Source: Candidatus Eiseniibacteriota bacterium | Lineage (GTDB): Bacteria; Eisenbacteria; RBG-16-71-46; CAZAMP01 | Assembly (NCBI GenBank): GCA_965224245.1 | Contig: OZ245046.1 | Location: forward strand, 5,216,001-5,280,000 | DNA length: 64,000 bases | Reading direction: 5' to 3' | In this document: positions 1-10,106 of the stretch, one piece after another | How positions within the stretch are numbered: position 1 is the first letter of the stretch | How the letters are laid out: each line of letters starts with the position of its first letter | The notes under the pieces: generated by a model | What the model saw: only the letters and a program-made list of their open reading frames with translations | The model's database searches: none | Told to the model about the DNA's origin: nothing | Made by a program: the position numbers and the translations under genes

Positions 1-46
1 ACGCTCGCCCGGCGGGGCGCTGGCACGTCGAGTGACCGCTCCCAGG

Positions 47-129
47 TGGTGGCAATCCCCGGGTGTCGGTAATCCCCGGCGTTGGCATCACCGAGCGCTG
101 GCGGCCACCGAGTGCATCGGATCCCGGGG
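47..129 (-). repeat. Left degenerate 17-bp tandem array (about 5 units), inverted relative to the 1432-1840 array
   Basis: 47-63 tggtggcaatccccggg and 64-80 tgtcggtaatccccggc are reverse-complement variants of cccggggatcgccaaca. The reverse complement of 47-80 matches 1432-1465 at 29/34 nt. Confidence 0.75.
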
Positions 130-479
130 CGTACCCGTCGTTCTGCGGCGGGTGACCGTCGCCGTCGTGGGGCTTGCGGTCGTCATCGTCTTCCGCGGTG
201 CTACCGATGCGGTACCCGGGTATGAGAGACGCTCCGGACTGCGGGCGGTTCGGTCACAAGGTGCGGGCGAGGGATCCGTGCCGGCGCGCACGATGCGATC
301 CCCTCGCCAGCCGCCGCTGTTCCCCGACCGCCGCGTTCGCTCCGAACATCCCCGTCGTGAGTGTGCCATGAGCCGCTGTCACTTCGCCGTCCGCCCCGAC
401 ATCGCACTCGGTCGACGTGACGTCGAGCGCGATCGACGTCGCGCATGCCGCCGCCTCGAACGCGTGCAGTGCGTCGAGG

Positions 480-1364
480 GTCGCGCCGGCATCGCGGTGG
501 CGCTGACCTCGGATTCGGCGGCTCGCTGGATCGAGCTCGCGTCGACGCTCTCCCGGCGGGCACTCGAGCAGCGCATCGCGGAGGCGAGGAGCCGGGCCCG
601 GCGCGTCGCCGCGGATGACCCCGGACAGGCGGCGATCGGTGTCGGGGAGTCGGCACCGCTGGAGCCCGTCGGGGTCCTCGAGACGCGCGCGGAGCCGAGC
701 CGGGTCTCGAGATCGACCGACACCGCACCCTCCGACGCAGAGGCGAGCGTTCCCGAGGTGGAGGTCGAGCTACGCGTAACGCTCGATCCCGTCACGCATG
801 CGCATGCGGAGGCCGCGTGGGCGCAGGCGAGCGTACGGCTTTCGCGGGTCGAAGGCGGAGTTCGTGGCGGCTGCGATGTCGGCGTACGCGGCGAGCTTGG
901 CCTCCGCGGGAAGGATCGAGACGGATACCAGGCCCGAGCGCAGAGAGGTCGCGACTCCCGAGACGTCATCGTCCGTGGGCGGCACGGCAACGCCGACGGT
1001 GCCTCGGTCGACCTATCGGATCGTCGTGGTCGAGTGCCCATCGTCTCGCCGGGCCCGCGTCGGGGACCGACCGATCTCCGAGTCTGCGCGGCGGGCCATC
1101 TTCTCCGATGCCGACGTCGTCGACGACCGAGGGCGCCGCCGTGCCACGATCCCGCCGAGGCTCAGGCGGCGTGTGCTTTGGCGCGACGGGCATCGATGCA
1201 CGATACCCGGGTGTGAGAATCGACAGCACCTCGCCATTCACCACCGGGTCCCGGTCGAGCTCGGCGGATGAAACACGCCCGAGAGCCTGACGACGCCGTG
1301 CTGGCGGTGTCACGCGTCGCTTCACGCGATGCCGGACGCCGTCGCCCGGACCGTGCGGTTATGA
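480..1364 (+). pseudogene. Degraded HNH endonuclease (DUF222-like/HNH)
   Basis: C-terminus reads RATIPPRLRRRVLWRDGHRCTIPGC..LAIHHRVPVELGG*NTPESLTTPCWRCHASLH, with an in-frame TGA at 1269-1271 and a stop at 1362-1364. A frameshift near 830 joins the 32..1216 frame to the 798..1271 frame. The 5' end is uncertain. Confidence 0.8.
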
Positions 1365-1431
1365 CCGCCGCCTCGTGAGGACACGCGCCGTGGCAACATG
1401 AGCGGGTGAGTGTGGGTAGTTGACGATCACG

Positions 1432-1840
1432 GCGGGGGATAGCCGACACCCGGGGATTGTCAGCACCCGGCAGTTGCTGAGACCGAGGAGTTGCGAAGCC
1501 CCGGGGATCGCCAGCACACGGAGATCGCCAACACTCCGGAGCAGCGAAGCCCTGGGCGAAGCCCCGCGGATTGCGAGTCCCCGGGGATCGCCAACACCCG
1601 GGGATCGCCAACACCCGGGGATCGCCAACACCCGGGAGTTGCGAGGACCCGGGAGTTGCGAAGACCCAGGAGCTGCGAAGGCCCGGGGCAAAGCCCCGAG
1701 GCAAAGCCCCGAGGAGTGGCAGAAACCCCGGGGACTGCAAGACCTCCCGGATTGCGAGGACCCGCGGATCACCAACACCCTGGATCACGCACACCGAAGG
1801 ATCGCCTGGACCGAGGGATCGCGTCGACCGGGATTGCCTG
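1432..1840 (+). repeat. Degenerate 17-bp tandem repeat array (about 25 units)
   Basis: Three perfect copies of CCCGGGGATCGCCAACA at 1580-1630. A second subtype CCCGGGAGTTGCGA(A/G)GA lies at 1631-1664, with a few 12-13 nt truncated units. No spacers. Confidence 0.92.
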
Positions 1841-1850
1841 TGCTCGTGTA

Positions 1851-2246
1851 TCAGTCGCGGTCCGTGTCGCCGCCGGACGTGATCGGTCGCAGGAACGCTC
1901 GCGCCTTCATCTCGTCGATGGGTCGGGTCAGGTACACGAACCCGTTCTGCCCCGCGCGATGCTCCACCACCGGATGATCGTGCGGGGTCACGACCCCGAT
2001 GTGCGCGCCGGGATGGCGCAGCTTCAAGTCGGAGGCCAGGGACAGCCCGTTCCGGCCGCGCATCGTGACGTCCACGAGGACGACGTCCAGCGAGCGACAG
2101 TGTGAGGCCCGCTCGATCGCCTCGTCCGCGTTCCGGGCGGTGATGACGTCCCACGCGGGCAACGCGTCGCGCACGATGTTCTTCAGGAAGTCCCGGGCCG
2201 AGAGGCTCTCGTCGACGACGAGGGCGGTTCCGGGCGATTCTGCCAT
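1851..2246 (-). CDS. Stand-alone response regulator receiver domain (atypical)
   Basis: ALVVDE, DVVLVDVTMRGRNGLSL phosphoacceptor region, and YLTRP in place of the usual KP. Confidence 0.8.
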   Translation of the reverse strand: MAESPGTALVVDESLSARDFLKNIVRDALPAWDVITARNADEAIERASHCRSLDVVLVDVTMRGRNGLSLASDLKLRHPGAHIGVVTPHDHPVVEHRAGQNGFVYLTRPIDEMKARAFLRPITSGGDTDRD

Positions 2247-2591
2247 GATGCTCTCCGCTGTGATGACGGTCGTGCACGCGGCGCGCGATCCCTGCCGGGC
2301 ACGGGTGCGGTGGCTCGACCATGCGGCTCGGACGTGCGTCGCGCGTCCGGGGAGTACCCGGGTACGAGAGGTGCCCCCGTGAGAAGCGATCGACCAGTAT
2401 CCGGTCGGCTTGAGCCTCTCGGACCCGCTCCCGATCCAGCGGCCGATTTCGGATCACACCGCGCGCCCGAGCCGTTAGACTCTCGAAACGACCGTCGCGT
2501 CCCGCGAGCGTGTCCGCCTCGTCATGGGGGCCGCACGGGGCCGCGCACGCCCGTCGCGCCGCGCGCCGCGGCGTTTCACCGGAGCCCGCGC

Positions 2592-3761
2592 ATGTCCCTC
2601 GATCCGTCGAAAGCGCCCAACACGTCCCTCGGCGCGGCCGAGATCGACCGCTACAGCCGACACCTGATCCTCCCCGAGGTCGGCATGGAGGGGCAGAAGC
2701 GCCTCAAGAGCGCCAGCGTGCTCCTGATCGGTGCCGGAGGACTGGGGTCTCCGCTCGGCATGTACCTGGCGGCCGCCGGGGTCGGCCACATCGGCATCGT
2801 CGACTTTGACTACGTGGACGGGAGCAATCTCCAGCGGCAGATCATCCACGGCACGAAGGACATCGGACGCTCGAAGCTGGAGTCGGCGCGCGAGACGATC
2901 GCCGACATCAACCCGCACGTCGAGGTCACGACGTTCGAGGGGGCGCTGCGCTCGGAGAACGCGCTCGACGTTCTCGCCGACTACGACATCGTCATCGACG
3001 GCACCGACAACTTTCCCACCCGCTACCTCGTGAACGACGCGTGCGTACTCCTCGGAAAGCCCAACGTGTACGGCAGCATCTTTCGGTTCGAGGGGCAGGC
3101 GTCGGTGTTCTGGGCGGAGAAGGGGCCGTGCTACCGGTGCCTCTACCCGGACCCGCCCCCGCCGGGACTCGTGCCGAGCTGTGCCGAGGGCGGCGTCCTC
3201 GGCGTGCTGCCCGGCATCGTCGGGTGCATGCAGGCGACCGAGGCGATCAAGCTGATCCTCGGACACGGAGAGCCCTTGATCGGGCGGCTGATCGTGTTCG
3301 ATGCCCTGACGATGACGTTCCGCGAGCTCCGGCTCCGGCGCGATCCGGAGTGTCCGGTCTGCGGCGAGGACCCCACGCTGACCGATCTCATCGACTACGA
3401 CGCGTTCTGCGGCGTCGGCCAGACCGGCGAGCCCGAGCCGGCGGCGTCGGACCTGGCGCCCGCCGAGGTCCAGGAGCGCCTCGAGCGCGGCGATCGGCTC
3501 GTGCTCCTGGACGTGCGCAACCCGGTCGAGTGGGAGATCTGCCGCCTCGATGGCGCCACCCTGATGCCGCTCTCGGTGCTGCCCGCCCGGATGCACGAGC
3601 TGGATCCGGACGCCGAGATCGTCGTCTACTGCAAGGTGGGCATCCGCAGTGCACACGCGGCACAAATCCTTTCTGAGAATGGTTTTACGCGTGTACACAA
3701 CATGGCGGGCGGCATCCTCCGCTGGTCGTCCGACGTGGACCCGTCCGTCCCCCGGTACTGA
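2592..3761 (+). CDS. moeB: Molybdopterin-synthase adenylyltransferase MoeB with C-terminal rhodanese (MoeZ-type)
   Basis: RYSRHLILPEVG, GAGGLG, SNLQRQ, DGTDNF, CYRC and CPVC motifs, rhodanese YCKVGIRS. GGAG precedes the ATG at 2592. Confidence 0.95.
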   Translation: MSLDPSKAPNTSLGAAEIDRYSRHLILPEVGMEGQKRLKSASVLLIGAGGLGSPLGMYLAAAGVGHIGIVDFDYVDGSNLQRQIIHGTKDIGRSKLESARETIADINPHVEVTTFEGALRSENALDVLADYDIVIDGTDNFPTRYLVNDACVLLGKPNVYGSIFRFEGQASVFWAEKGPCYRCLYPDPPPPGLVPSCAEGGVLGVLPGIVGCMQATEAIKLILGHGEPLIGRLIVFDALTMTFRELRLRRDPECPVCGEDPTLTDLIDYDAFCGVGQTGEPEPAASDLAPAEVQERLERGDRLVLLDVRNPVEWEICRLDGATLMPLSVLPARMHELDPDAEIVVYCKVGIRSAHAAQILSENGFTRVHNMAGGILRWSSDVDPSVPRY

Positions 3762-3951
3762 TCGCCGCGGATTCGGGAACCGCGTACTGCAATACCACGT
3801 GCGCGCGCGACGGCAGGTGCTATCATCACGGGCCGAAAAAACGAGGGCGCGCATCGACCAGCTCGAGCGCGCCCGATCGCGTACCCGGCCACGGGTGGTT
3901 TCCGTGACGCCGGTACGCCGAGAGACGCCCTACAGCACGGTGTGAACAGCC

Positions 3952-5100
3952 ATGATCGTCGGAGTACCCAACGAAACCGCTCCTCGTGAGCGTCGCGTCG
4001 CGGTCACGCCCGACGCCGTCAAGAAGTTCGAGAAGCTCGGTCTCCAGGTGGTCGTGGAGAGCGGCGCGGGGGACTCCGCGTCCTATCCCGACAGCACCTA
4101 CGAGGCGGCCGGCGCCCGGATCGTCTCCGGTGACGAGGCGTTCGGGGCCGACGTCGTCCTCAAGGTCGCGTGTCCGCTCGAGGCCGAGATCGCACGGTAC
4201 AAGCCGGGCGCACTCGCGGTGTCGCTGATGGACGTGTTCGGCCGTGGCCCCGACATCATGCGTCGGATGGCCGCGGCCAAGATCGACGCGATAGCGATGG
4301 AGCTGATCCCGCGCGTCACCCGCGCTCAGGCGATGGACGTGCTCTCGTCGCAGGCCAACCTGGCGGGGTACAAGGCCGCCATCGAGGCCGCGCACCACTT
4401 CGGTCGCCTGATCCCGATGCTGATGACGGCGGCGGGCTCGGTGCCGCAGGCTCGCGTGGTCGTGCTCGGCGCCGGCGTGGCCGGACTCCAGGCGATCGCG
4501 ACCGCGCGCCGACTGGGCGCGCAGGTCGAGGCCTACGACGTGCGGCCGGCGGTGCGCGAGGAAATCATGTCGCTGGGGGCCCGTTTCCTCGACATCCAGC
4601 TCCACGAGTCGGGCGCCGGCGAGGGCGGCTACGCGCGCGAGCTCACCAAGGACGCCCAGCAGCTTCTGATCGACGCGCTCACCGAGGAGCTCCCCAAGCG
4701 CAACATCATCATCAGCACCGCCCAGATCCCGGGCAAGCCCGCGCCCACGCTGATCTCCGAGGAGGCCGTCCGCCGGATGGCGCCGGGCTCGGTCATCGTC
4801 GATCTGGCCGCGGGGTCGGGTGGTAACTGCCCGCTCTCGGTGGCGGACGAGGTGGTGGAGCGCCACGGTGTCACGATCGTCGGGCACACCGACTATCCGT
4901 CCCGGCTGGCGCACCACGCGAGCCTGTTCCTGGCCAAGAACATGGTCAACCTCCTGGGCCTCGTGGCGAAGAAGGAGGACGAGAAGACGACGTTGTCGTT
5001 GGATCTCGAAGACGACATCATCTCGGCCGCTCTGGTGACGCTCGGCGGCGAGATCCGATGGGAAGGCGCGCGGCAGGCGGCGACCGAGCAGGTCAGCTGA
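3952..5100 (+). CDS. pntA: NAD(P) transhydrogenase alpha subunit, part 1 (domain I)
   Basis: [41 protein letters not shown]. Confidence 0.95.
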   Translation: MIVGVPNETAPRERRVAVTPDAVKKFEKLGLQVVVESGAGDSASYPDSTYEAAGARIVSGDEAFGADVVLKVACPLEAEIARYKPGALAVSLMDVFGRGPDIMRRMAAAKIDAIAMELIPRVTRAQAMDVLSSQANLAGYKAAIEAAHHFGRLIPMLMTAAGSVPQARVVVLGAGVAGLQAIATARRLGAQVEAYDVRPAVREEIMSLGARFLDIQLHESGAGEGGYARELTKDAQQLLIDALTEELPKRNIIISTAQIPGKPAPTLISEEAVRRMAPGSVIVDLAAGSGGNCPLSVADEVVERHGVTIVGHTDYPSRLAHHASLFLAKNMVNLLGLVAKKEDEKTTLSLDLEDDIISAALVTLGGEIRWEGARQAATEQVS

Positions 5101-5123
5101 CCGCGAAACGACGGAGCTGCAAG

Positions 5124-5405
5124 ATGTCCCCAGTCATGGCGAGCGTGTTCGTGTTCGTGCTCGCGTGCATCGTCGGATACCACGTCATCTGGAACGTCAC
5201 GCCGGCGCTGCACACGCCGCTGATGTCGGTGACGAACGCGATCTCGGGCATCATCCTGGTCGGGTGCATGCTCGTGTGTGGCAGCGAGGGTAGTCCGCTC
5301 TTCGCGAAGGTGCTCGGCTTCATCGGCATCGTCCTGTCGTCGATCAACATCTTCGGCGGGTTCGCGGTCACCCAGCGCATGCTCGGCATGTACAAGCGTC
5401 GATAG
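5124..5405 (+). CDS. pntAB: NAD(P) transhydrogenase alpha subunit, part 2 (membrane)
   Basis: [31 protein letters not shown]. Confidence 0.95.
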   Translation: MSPVMASVFVFVLACIVGYHVIWNVTPALHTPLMSVTNAISGIILVGCMLVCGSEGSPLFAKVLGFIGIVLSSINIFGGFAVTQRMLGMYKRR

Positions 5406-5416
5406 GAAGTCGAACC

Positions 5417-6841
5417 ATGACCCCGCATGCTGACGGTTCGGCGAGCGTGATGTCCGAAGACCTCTTCGCGCTCGTCTACCTGGTGGCCTCGGTCTTCTTC
5501 ATCTTCGGTCTCAAGGGTCTCAGTCATCCATCCACCGCGCGGCGCGGCAACCTCCTGGGGATGGTGGGCATGGTCCTGGCGGTCGCCGCCACGTTCTTCC
5601 GCCCCGAGATGAGCCCCCGCAACTTCGGGTGGATCTTCGGTGGGCTCGCGGTCGGCGCTGCGATCGGCCTGCCGCTGGCGATGCGCATCGCGATGACGTC
5701 CATGCCCGAGCTGGTGGCCATCCTGCACAGCTTCGTGGGAATGGCCGCGGTGCTCGTGGGCATCGGCTCGTTCGTGCTGCACGAGGCCACCGGCGCGCAT
5801 ACCGCGGGCGTCGTCCGCGTCGAGACCTTCATCGGCGTGTTCATCGGCGCCATCACGTTCACGGGCTCGGTGATCGCGTTCGGCAAGCTCAGCGGACGCA
5901 TGGGCTCGGCGCCCCTGATCTTCAAGGGACAGCACCTCCTGAACCTGGTGATCTTCCTGGCCATGATCGGTCTGGGCATCGGGTTCGCGGCCACCAGCAA
6001 CATCGTGCTCCTCTACGCGATGACGGCGCTTGCCCTCATTCTCGGCTACACGCTGATCGTACCCATCGGCGGGGCGGACATGCCGGTCGTGGTGTCGATG
6101 CTGAACTCGTACTCGGGCTGGGCGGCCACGGCCACCGGGTTCATCCTGGGCAACAACGTGCTGATCGTGACCGGCGCCCTCGTCGGCTCGTCGGGCGCGA
6201 TCCTGTCCTACATCATGTGCAAGGCCATGAACCGCTCGATCATCAACGTGCTCCTGGGCGGCTTCGGCACCGGCGACGACGTCGCCGCCATCGCGCAGAC
6301 CAACGGCAAGCCGTACCGGGCAGCTGCGGTCGAGGACGTCAGCTTCATGATGAGGAATTCGTCCTCGGTCATCATCGTACCCGGGTACGGGATGGCGGTG
6401 GCCCAGGCCCAGCACGCGGTGCGCGAGCTGACCGACCTCCTGGTCGAGAACGGCGTCGACGTGAAGTTCGCCATCCACCCGGTGGCCGGCCGGATGCCCG
6501 GCCACATGAACGTCCTCCTGGCCGAGGCCGACATCTCGTACGACCGGGTGCTCGAGCTGGAGGACATCAATCCCGAGTTCGGCCACACCGACGTGGTCCT
6601 CGTGATCGGGTCCAACGACGTCATCAACCCGGCCGCGAAGACGGACAAGGCGAGCCCGATCTACGGGATGCCGATCCTGGACGCCTACAAGGCGCCGCTC
6701 GTGTACGTCATCAAGCGATCGATGAAGCCGGGCTACGCGGGGGTCGACAATGAGCTCTACTACGCCGACAATTGCAACATGGTCTTCGGAGACGCCAAGA
6801 AGGTGTGCGAGGAGCTCGTTCAGGCACTCAAGGCCGGCTGA
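5417..6841 (+). CDS. pntB: NAD(P) transhydrogenase beta subunit (start may be 5450)
   Basis: IGGADMPVVVSMLNSYSG, PGYGMAVAQAQ, HPVAGRMPGHMNVLLAEA. Confidence 0.96.
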   Translation: MTPHADGSASVMSEDLFALVYLVASVFFIFGLKGLSHPSTARRGNLLGMVGMVLAVAATFFRPEMSPRNFGWIFGGLAVGAAIGLPLAMRIAMTSMPELVAILHSFVGMAAVLVGIGSFVLHEATGAHTAGVVRVETFIGVFIGAITFTGSVIAFGKLSGRMGSAPLIFKGQHLLNLVIFLAMIGLGIGFAATSNIVLLYAMTALALILGYTLIVPIGGADMPVVVSMLNSYSGWAATATGFILGNNVLIVTGALVGSSGAILSYIMCKAMNRSIINVLLGGFGTGDDVAAIAQTNGKPYRAAAVEDVSFMMRNSSSVIIVPGYGMAVAQAQHAVRELTDLLVENGVDVKFAIHPVAGRMPGHMNVLLAEADISYDRVLELEDINPEFGHTDVVLVIGSNDVINPAAKTDKASPIYGMPILDAYKAPLVYVIKRSMKPGYAGVDNELYYADNCNMVFGDAKKVCEELVQALKAG

Positions 6842-6893
6842 TCGTGCGACAACGCGCGCGCCCGCGCGCGCGACTTCGAAAGCGAGCGGACCC

Positions 6894-7658
6894 ATGTCCG
6901 ACACGGGGAGCCGCCCGCCCCTCGTCCCATCCGACATCGACGGAATCACGTTCGACTTCGGCAACACGCTGATCGAGTTCTCGCCGCGCCAGCTGGACGC
7001 GCTGGACACGGCGCTGGCCGGATTCCTCGAGGGCCGCTTCGGGCCATTGGACCACGAGCGGCTGCGGGCCATCCGACAGCACGACCGCGAATCGCCCTAT
7101 CACGGAGATCCCCCCACCTATCGCGAGAACGATCTCCGGACGATGACGATCGACATGTTCGAAGAGATCTACGGCCGCACGCCCACCTCGGGCGAGGTGG
7201 ACGAGATCGTCGCGTTTCGCCGCCGCGCGTTCGTGGGCGTCATGGCCCCCTGGGACGAGCTCCGCGAGGTGCTGGAGCGACTGCGCGCGCGCTACACGCT
7301 GGGGATCCTGTCGAACTACCCCGACGGGGGCGCCATCCGGGAGGCGCTCGCGACCCTCGAGATCGATGACCTCTTCTCGGCGGTGGTGGTGTCCGCGGAT
7401 CTGGGCGTGATCAAGCCGCATCCGGACACGTTCGCGGAGATCGTCCAGCGTCTCGAGATCCCACCGGCACGGCTTCTCCACGTGGGCGACAACTGGCTGG
7501 CCGACGTGCAGGGAGCGAAGCGAGCGGGGCTCCATGCGGTGTTCCTCCGGAAGTGGGCGCCCCCGGAGCCGGAGCGGCGATCGGACGACGACGTGGAGCC
7601 GGATCGGTCGGTGGTGAACCTGACCGAGCTGGCCGCGTGGCTGCTGGAAGAGGCGTAG
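6894..7658 (+). CDS. HAD-family hydrolase
   Basis: FDFGNTL, LSN, KPHP, HVGDNWLADVQGAKRAG. Confidence 0.88.
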   Translation: MSDTGSRPPLVPSDIDGITFDFGNTLIEFSPRQLDALDTALAGFLEGRFGPLDHERLRAIRQHDRESPYHGDPPTYRENDLRTMTIDMFEEIYGRTPTSGEVDEIVAFRRRAFVGVMAPWDELREVLERLRARYTLGILSNYPDGGAIREALATLEIDDLFSAVVVSADLGVIKPHPDTFAEIVQRLEIPPARLLHVGDNWLADVQGAKRAGLHAVFLRKWAPPEPERRSDDDVEPDRSVVNLTELAAWLLEEA

Positions 7659-7718
7659 GATGCCTCCAGCCGGCTCGATGCGGCCGATGCCGACATTCGC
7701 GATCTGAGAGCCACGCCG

Positions 7719-7901
7719 ATGATCGTGGCGTGGAATGTGTACTTCGCCAGGCTGCGAGACGTCGGCGCGTTCCAGGGCGGCAGCGCGATCGGCGATGGGA
7801 ACCCCTTCTACGAGGCCGGCGGCACCGTCGAGGTCCGTGAGCTCCCGAGAGACGGATGGCGGAAACGAATACCGGGTGTAGGCGGTTCGGCGAGCGCGTG
7901 A
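7719..7901 (+). pseudogene. Probable internally deleted YciI-like gene remnant
   Basis: W.YFARLRDVGAFQGGSAIGDG is joined directly to NPFYEAGGTVEVRELP. From memory these are the two ends of short YciI-like proteins, with the middle missing. Confidence 0.45.
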
Positions 7902-7925
7902 CACCCGGGTACAGGCCCTCGAGCG

Positions 7926-9974
7926 TCAATCCGTGAGCACCAGCCGGTGTGACGTGAGCTGCCCGCCCGCCCCCAGCGCCAGGAAGTAGACTCCGGGGGC
8001 GACCCGCCGCCCGGCCCCGTCGCGCCCGTCCCAGCTCACGATGGACCGCCCCACGCGCTCGTCGACACGCAGCCGTCGCACGCGGCGGCCTCCGACGTCG
8101 AAGACGTCGTGCACGTCCAGGACCGGTGCCCCCAGCACCTCAACCCGGAACCTCGGCGCCGGATTGGCGAACGCCCCCACGCGATAGGCGGCGCTCGATG
8201 CCACGTCTCCGGTCCCCAGGAGCGCCCAGTCGGTGATCGGAAGCACGAGATGACTCGGATGCAGAACGTCCGCGTAGACCCCCACCGTTCCCTGGACGCT
8301 CGGCCCGCCCCAGCCGAACGGGTTGCCGTCCTGCGGATTGACCGCGAACCGGGGGTAGTTGCTGTTGGTCACCGTGACCACGATGCGGTGGCCCACGTCG
8401 AACGCGATGGCCGTGGACCAGAGATCCACCTCGTACTCGGCCACCGTCCACGGCGTCACGGGCTCCTCGACCTCGAAGCCGTTCCGGAAGCGCGCGCGCA
8501 GGACGCCGTCGGTCACGAGCATCTCGCGACCGTCCGGATACCTGTCGATGAGCTTCACGCACCAGTCGATGTCGCGCGTGGAGACCTCCGCCCAGAAGTG
8601 GAAACGGACCTTGCCCATGATCGTCAGCGGCACCGTCATCGCGTCGCTCTGGAAGCGGACACCGTCCGTGCGACCCGCGTGGGCCGGGACCTGGTCCATC
8701 GGGCCGGCCGGGATGTTCAGGTTGCGGCCGCCGCGGGTGGAAACCGGGTCCGCGGGGTCGTTCTCGTACCAGGCCGTGTCGTACTCGAGCTCGGGCGGGT
8801 AGCTCTGGAGCGTGCGCGGCTTGTCGGCGTCGGGGCCGTGCAGATAGAACGGCGTGTCCCAGGCCGCCTGGGGAAACGTGTCGGAGAAGCGCCACTCGTT
8901 TCCCGCGCTGAACGGCGCGCCGGGATCGCCCATCACGTACACCTGAGCCGCCGGCTCGTCCTCGATCCCGTTCTCGACGCCCTTCACCCAGCGGTCGTAC
9001 CAGCGCCAGATGACGCTGTCGGCCTCGAAGCCGGCGTGAGGTGGGTACGTGAGCTCGCCCTGAACCGTCTCGCCGATCCCGAAGTGCGTCCATGGTCCGA
9101 GCACGAGCTTCTGCCGGCCCGCCGCGCCCGGGCCGCCCTCGGACTGCAGGTATCGAAACGCGTCGACCGCCGACTCGCCGAAGATGTCGTAGTGGCCGCC
9201 CACGTGGAGGATCGGTACCGTCACATCCGACGCCCGCGTACGAAGGTCGAGCGCGTCCCAGAACGGGTCGTGCGTCGGATGTGCGAGGAAGAACGGCAGC
9301 ATCTCCTCGGAGCCCTGATCCTCGAACCAGCCTTCCACCAGTGACTCGCGATACGCGCCGCCCTGGAAGAACGCCTTCTGGTAGAAGTCGTCGCACGCGA
9401 TGGTCGACACGCACGCCTTCAGCGCGGGGGGGACCGCACCCGCGGCCAGGTACTGGACGATGCCGCGCGCCGATTCCCCGACCATCCCCACCGCGCCGTT
9501 GCTCCAGGGGCGGGTCGCGATCCACTCCACGGTGTCGAAGCCATCCTGGTTCGCGCCCCACGCGTCGGTCCAGAACGTGGAGTCGGCACCCTCGGAGGCG
9601 TAACGCCCGCGCATGTCCTGCGCGACGTACGCGTAGCCGCGACTGCGCGCCTCCTGGATGAACTCGGGGTCGATCGCGCGCGGGTCGGTGGCCTTGTTGT
9701 ACGGCGTTCGCATCAGGATCGCCGGCCACGGTCCCGGTGACGTGGGCAGATAGACGTCGGTCGCGAGAAGGGTTCCGTCGCGCATCGGGACCGACGCCGC
9801 GATGTCCTGCCCGCGTGCGGACGTCGTCGCGGTCGCGGTCAGCACGAGGCCGACGAGCGATGCCAGGGCGGCGGTCCCGCGACCGACCGGGAACGCGTGT
9901 CGAAATGGAGCGAGACCCGAACGGAAGCGCCTCGCGGCGCGGCCCCCGGGCGGGCTGGGCGCAGTGTTGATCAT
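7926..9974 (-). CDS. Secreted CocE/NonD-family hydrolase with C-terminal FlgD-Ig-like domain
   Basis: Signal peptide, PMRDGTLLATDVYLP, RTPY, QDMRGRYASEG, nucleophile GESARG, GPWTH, SNYPRF, C-terminal WDGRDGAGRRVAPGVYF. Confidence 0.9.
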   Translation of the reverse strand: MINTAPSPPGGRAARRFRSGLAPFRHAFPVGRGTAALASLVGLVLTATATTSARGQDIAASVPMRDGTLLATDVYLPTSPGPWPAILMRTPYNKATDPRAIDPEFIQEARSRGYAYVAQDMRGRYASEGADSTFWTDAWGANQDGFDTVEWIATRPWSNGAVGMVGESARGIVQYLAAGAVPPALKACVSTIACDDFYQKAFFQGGAYRESLVEGWFEDQGSEEMLPFFLAHPTHDPFWDALDLRTRASDVTVPILHVGGHYDIFGESAVDAFRYLQSEGGPGAAGRQKLVLGPWTHFGIGETVQGELTYPPHAGFEADSVIWRWYDRWVKGVENGIEDEPAAQVYVMGDPGAPFSAGNEWRFSDTFPQAAWDTPFYLHGPDADKPRTLQSYPPELEYDTAWYENDPADPVSTRGGRNLNIPAGPMDQVPAHAGRTDGVRFQSDAMTVPLTIMGKVRFHFWAEVSTRDIDWCVKLIDRYPDGREMLVTDGVLRARFRNGFEVEEPVTPWTVAEYEVDLWSTAIAFDVGHRIVVTVTNSNYPRFAVNPQDGNPFGWGGPSVQGTVGVYADVLHPSHLVLPITDWALLGTGDVASSAAYRVGAFANPAPRFRVEVLGAPVLDVHDVFDVGGRRVRRLRVDERVGRSIVSWDGRDGAGRRVAPGVYFLALGAGGQLTSHRLVLTD

Positions 9975-10106
9975 GCGTGGATTCTAGGCGATCGGCTCCG
10001 ATGGGGGGAGACAATCCGGCGCTCGCCGCTGCGCGGGCCGCGAAGCGGGCCGGCGGGGCACGTGCGGCGAGGTCGATCGTGAACGGATGTTCGGGTACGG
10101 TCGGTT

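Noticed and set aside
1269-1271. In-frame TGA in the HNH gene as a second selenocysteine codon
   Set aside because: It falls in the GGxN loop, which is not a Cys position. No strong SECIS-like hairpin follows, and the gene also has a frameshift, so a nonsense mutation is more likely.
1432-1840. CRISPR array
   Set aside because: The units are head-to-tail 17-mers without unique spacers, and there are no cas genes in the window.
1359-2105. Repetitive ORFs across the array (1420..1977, 1491..2105, 1359..1778)
   Set aside because: They are translation products of the 17-nt repeat, with the same peptide cycling through frames, and some overlap the receiver gene antisense.
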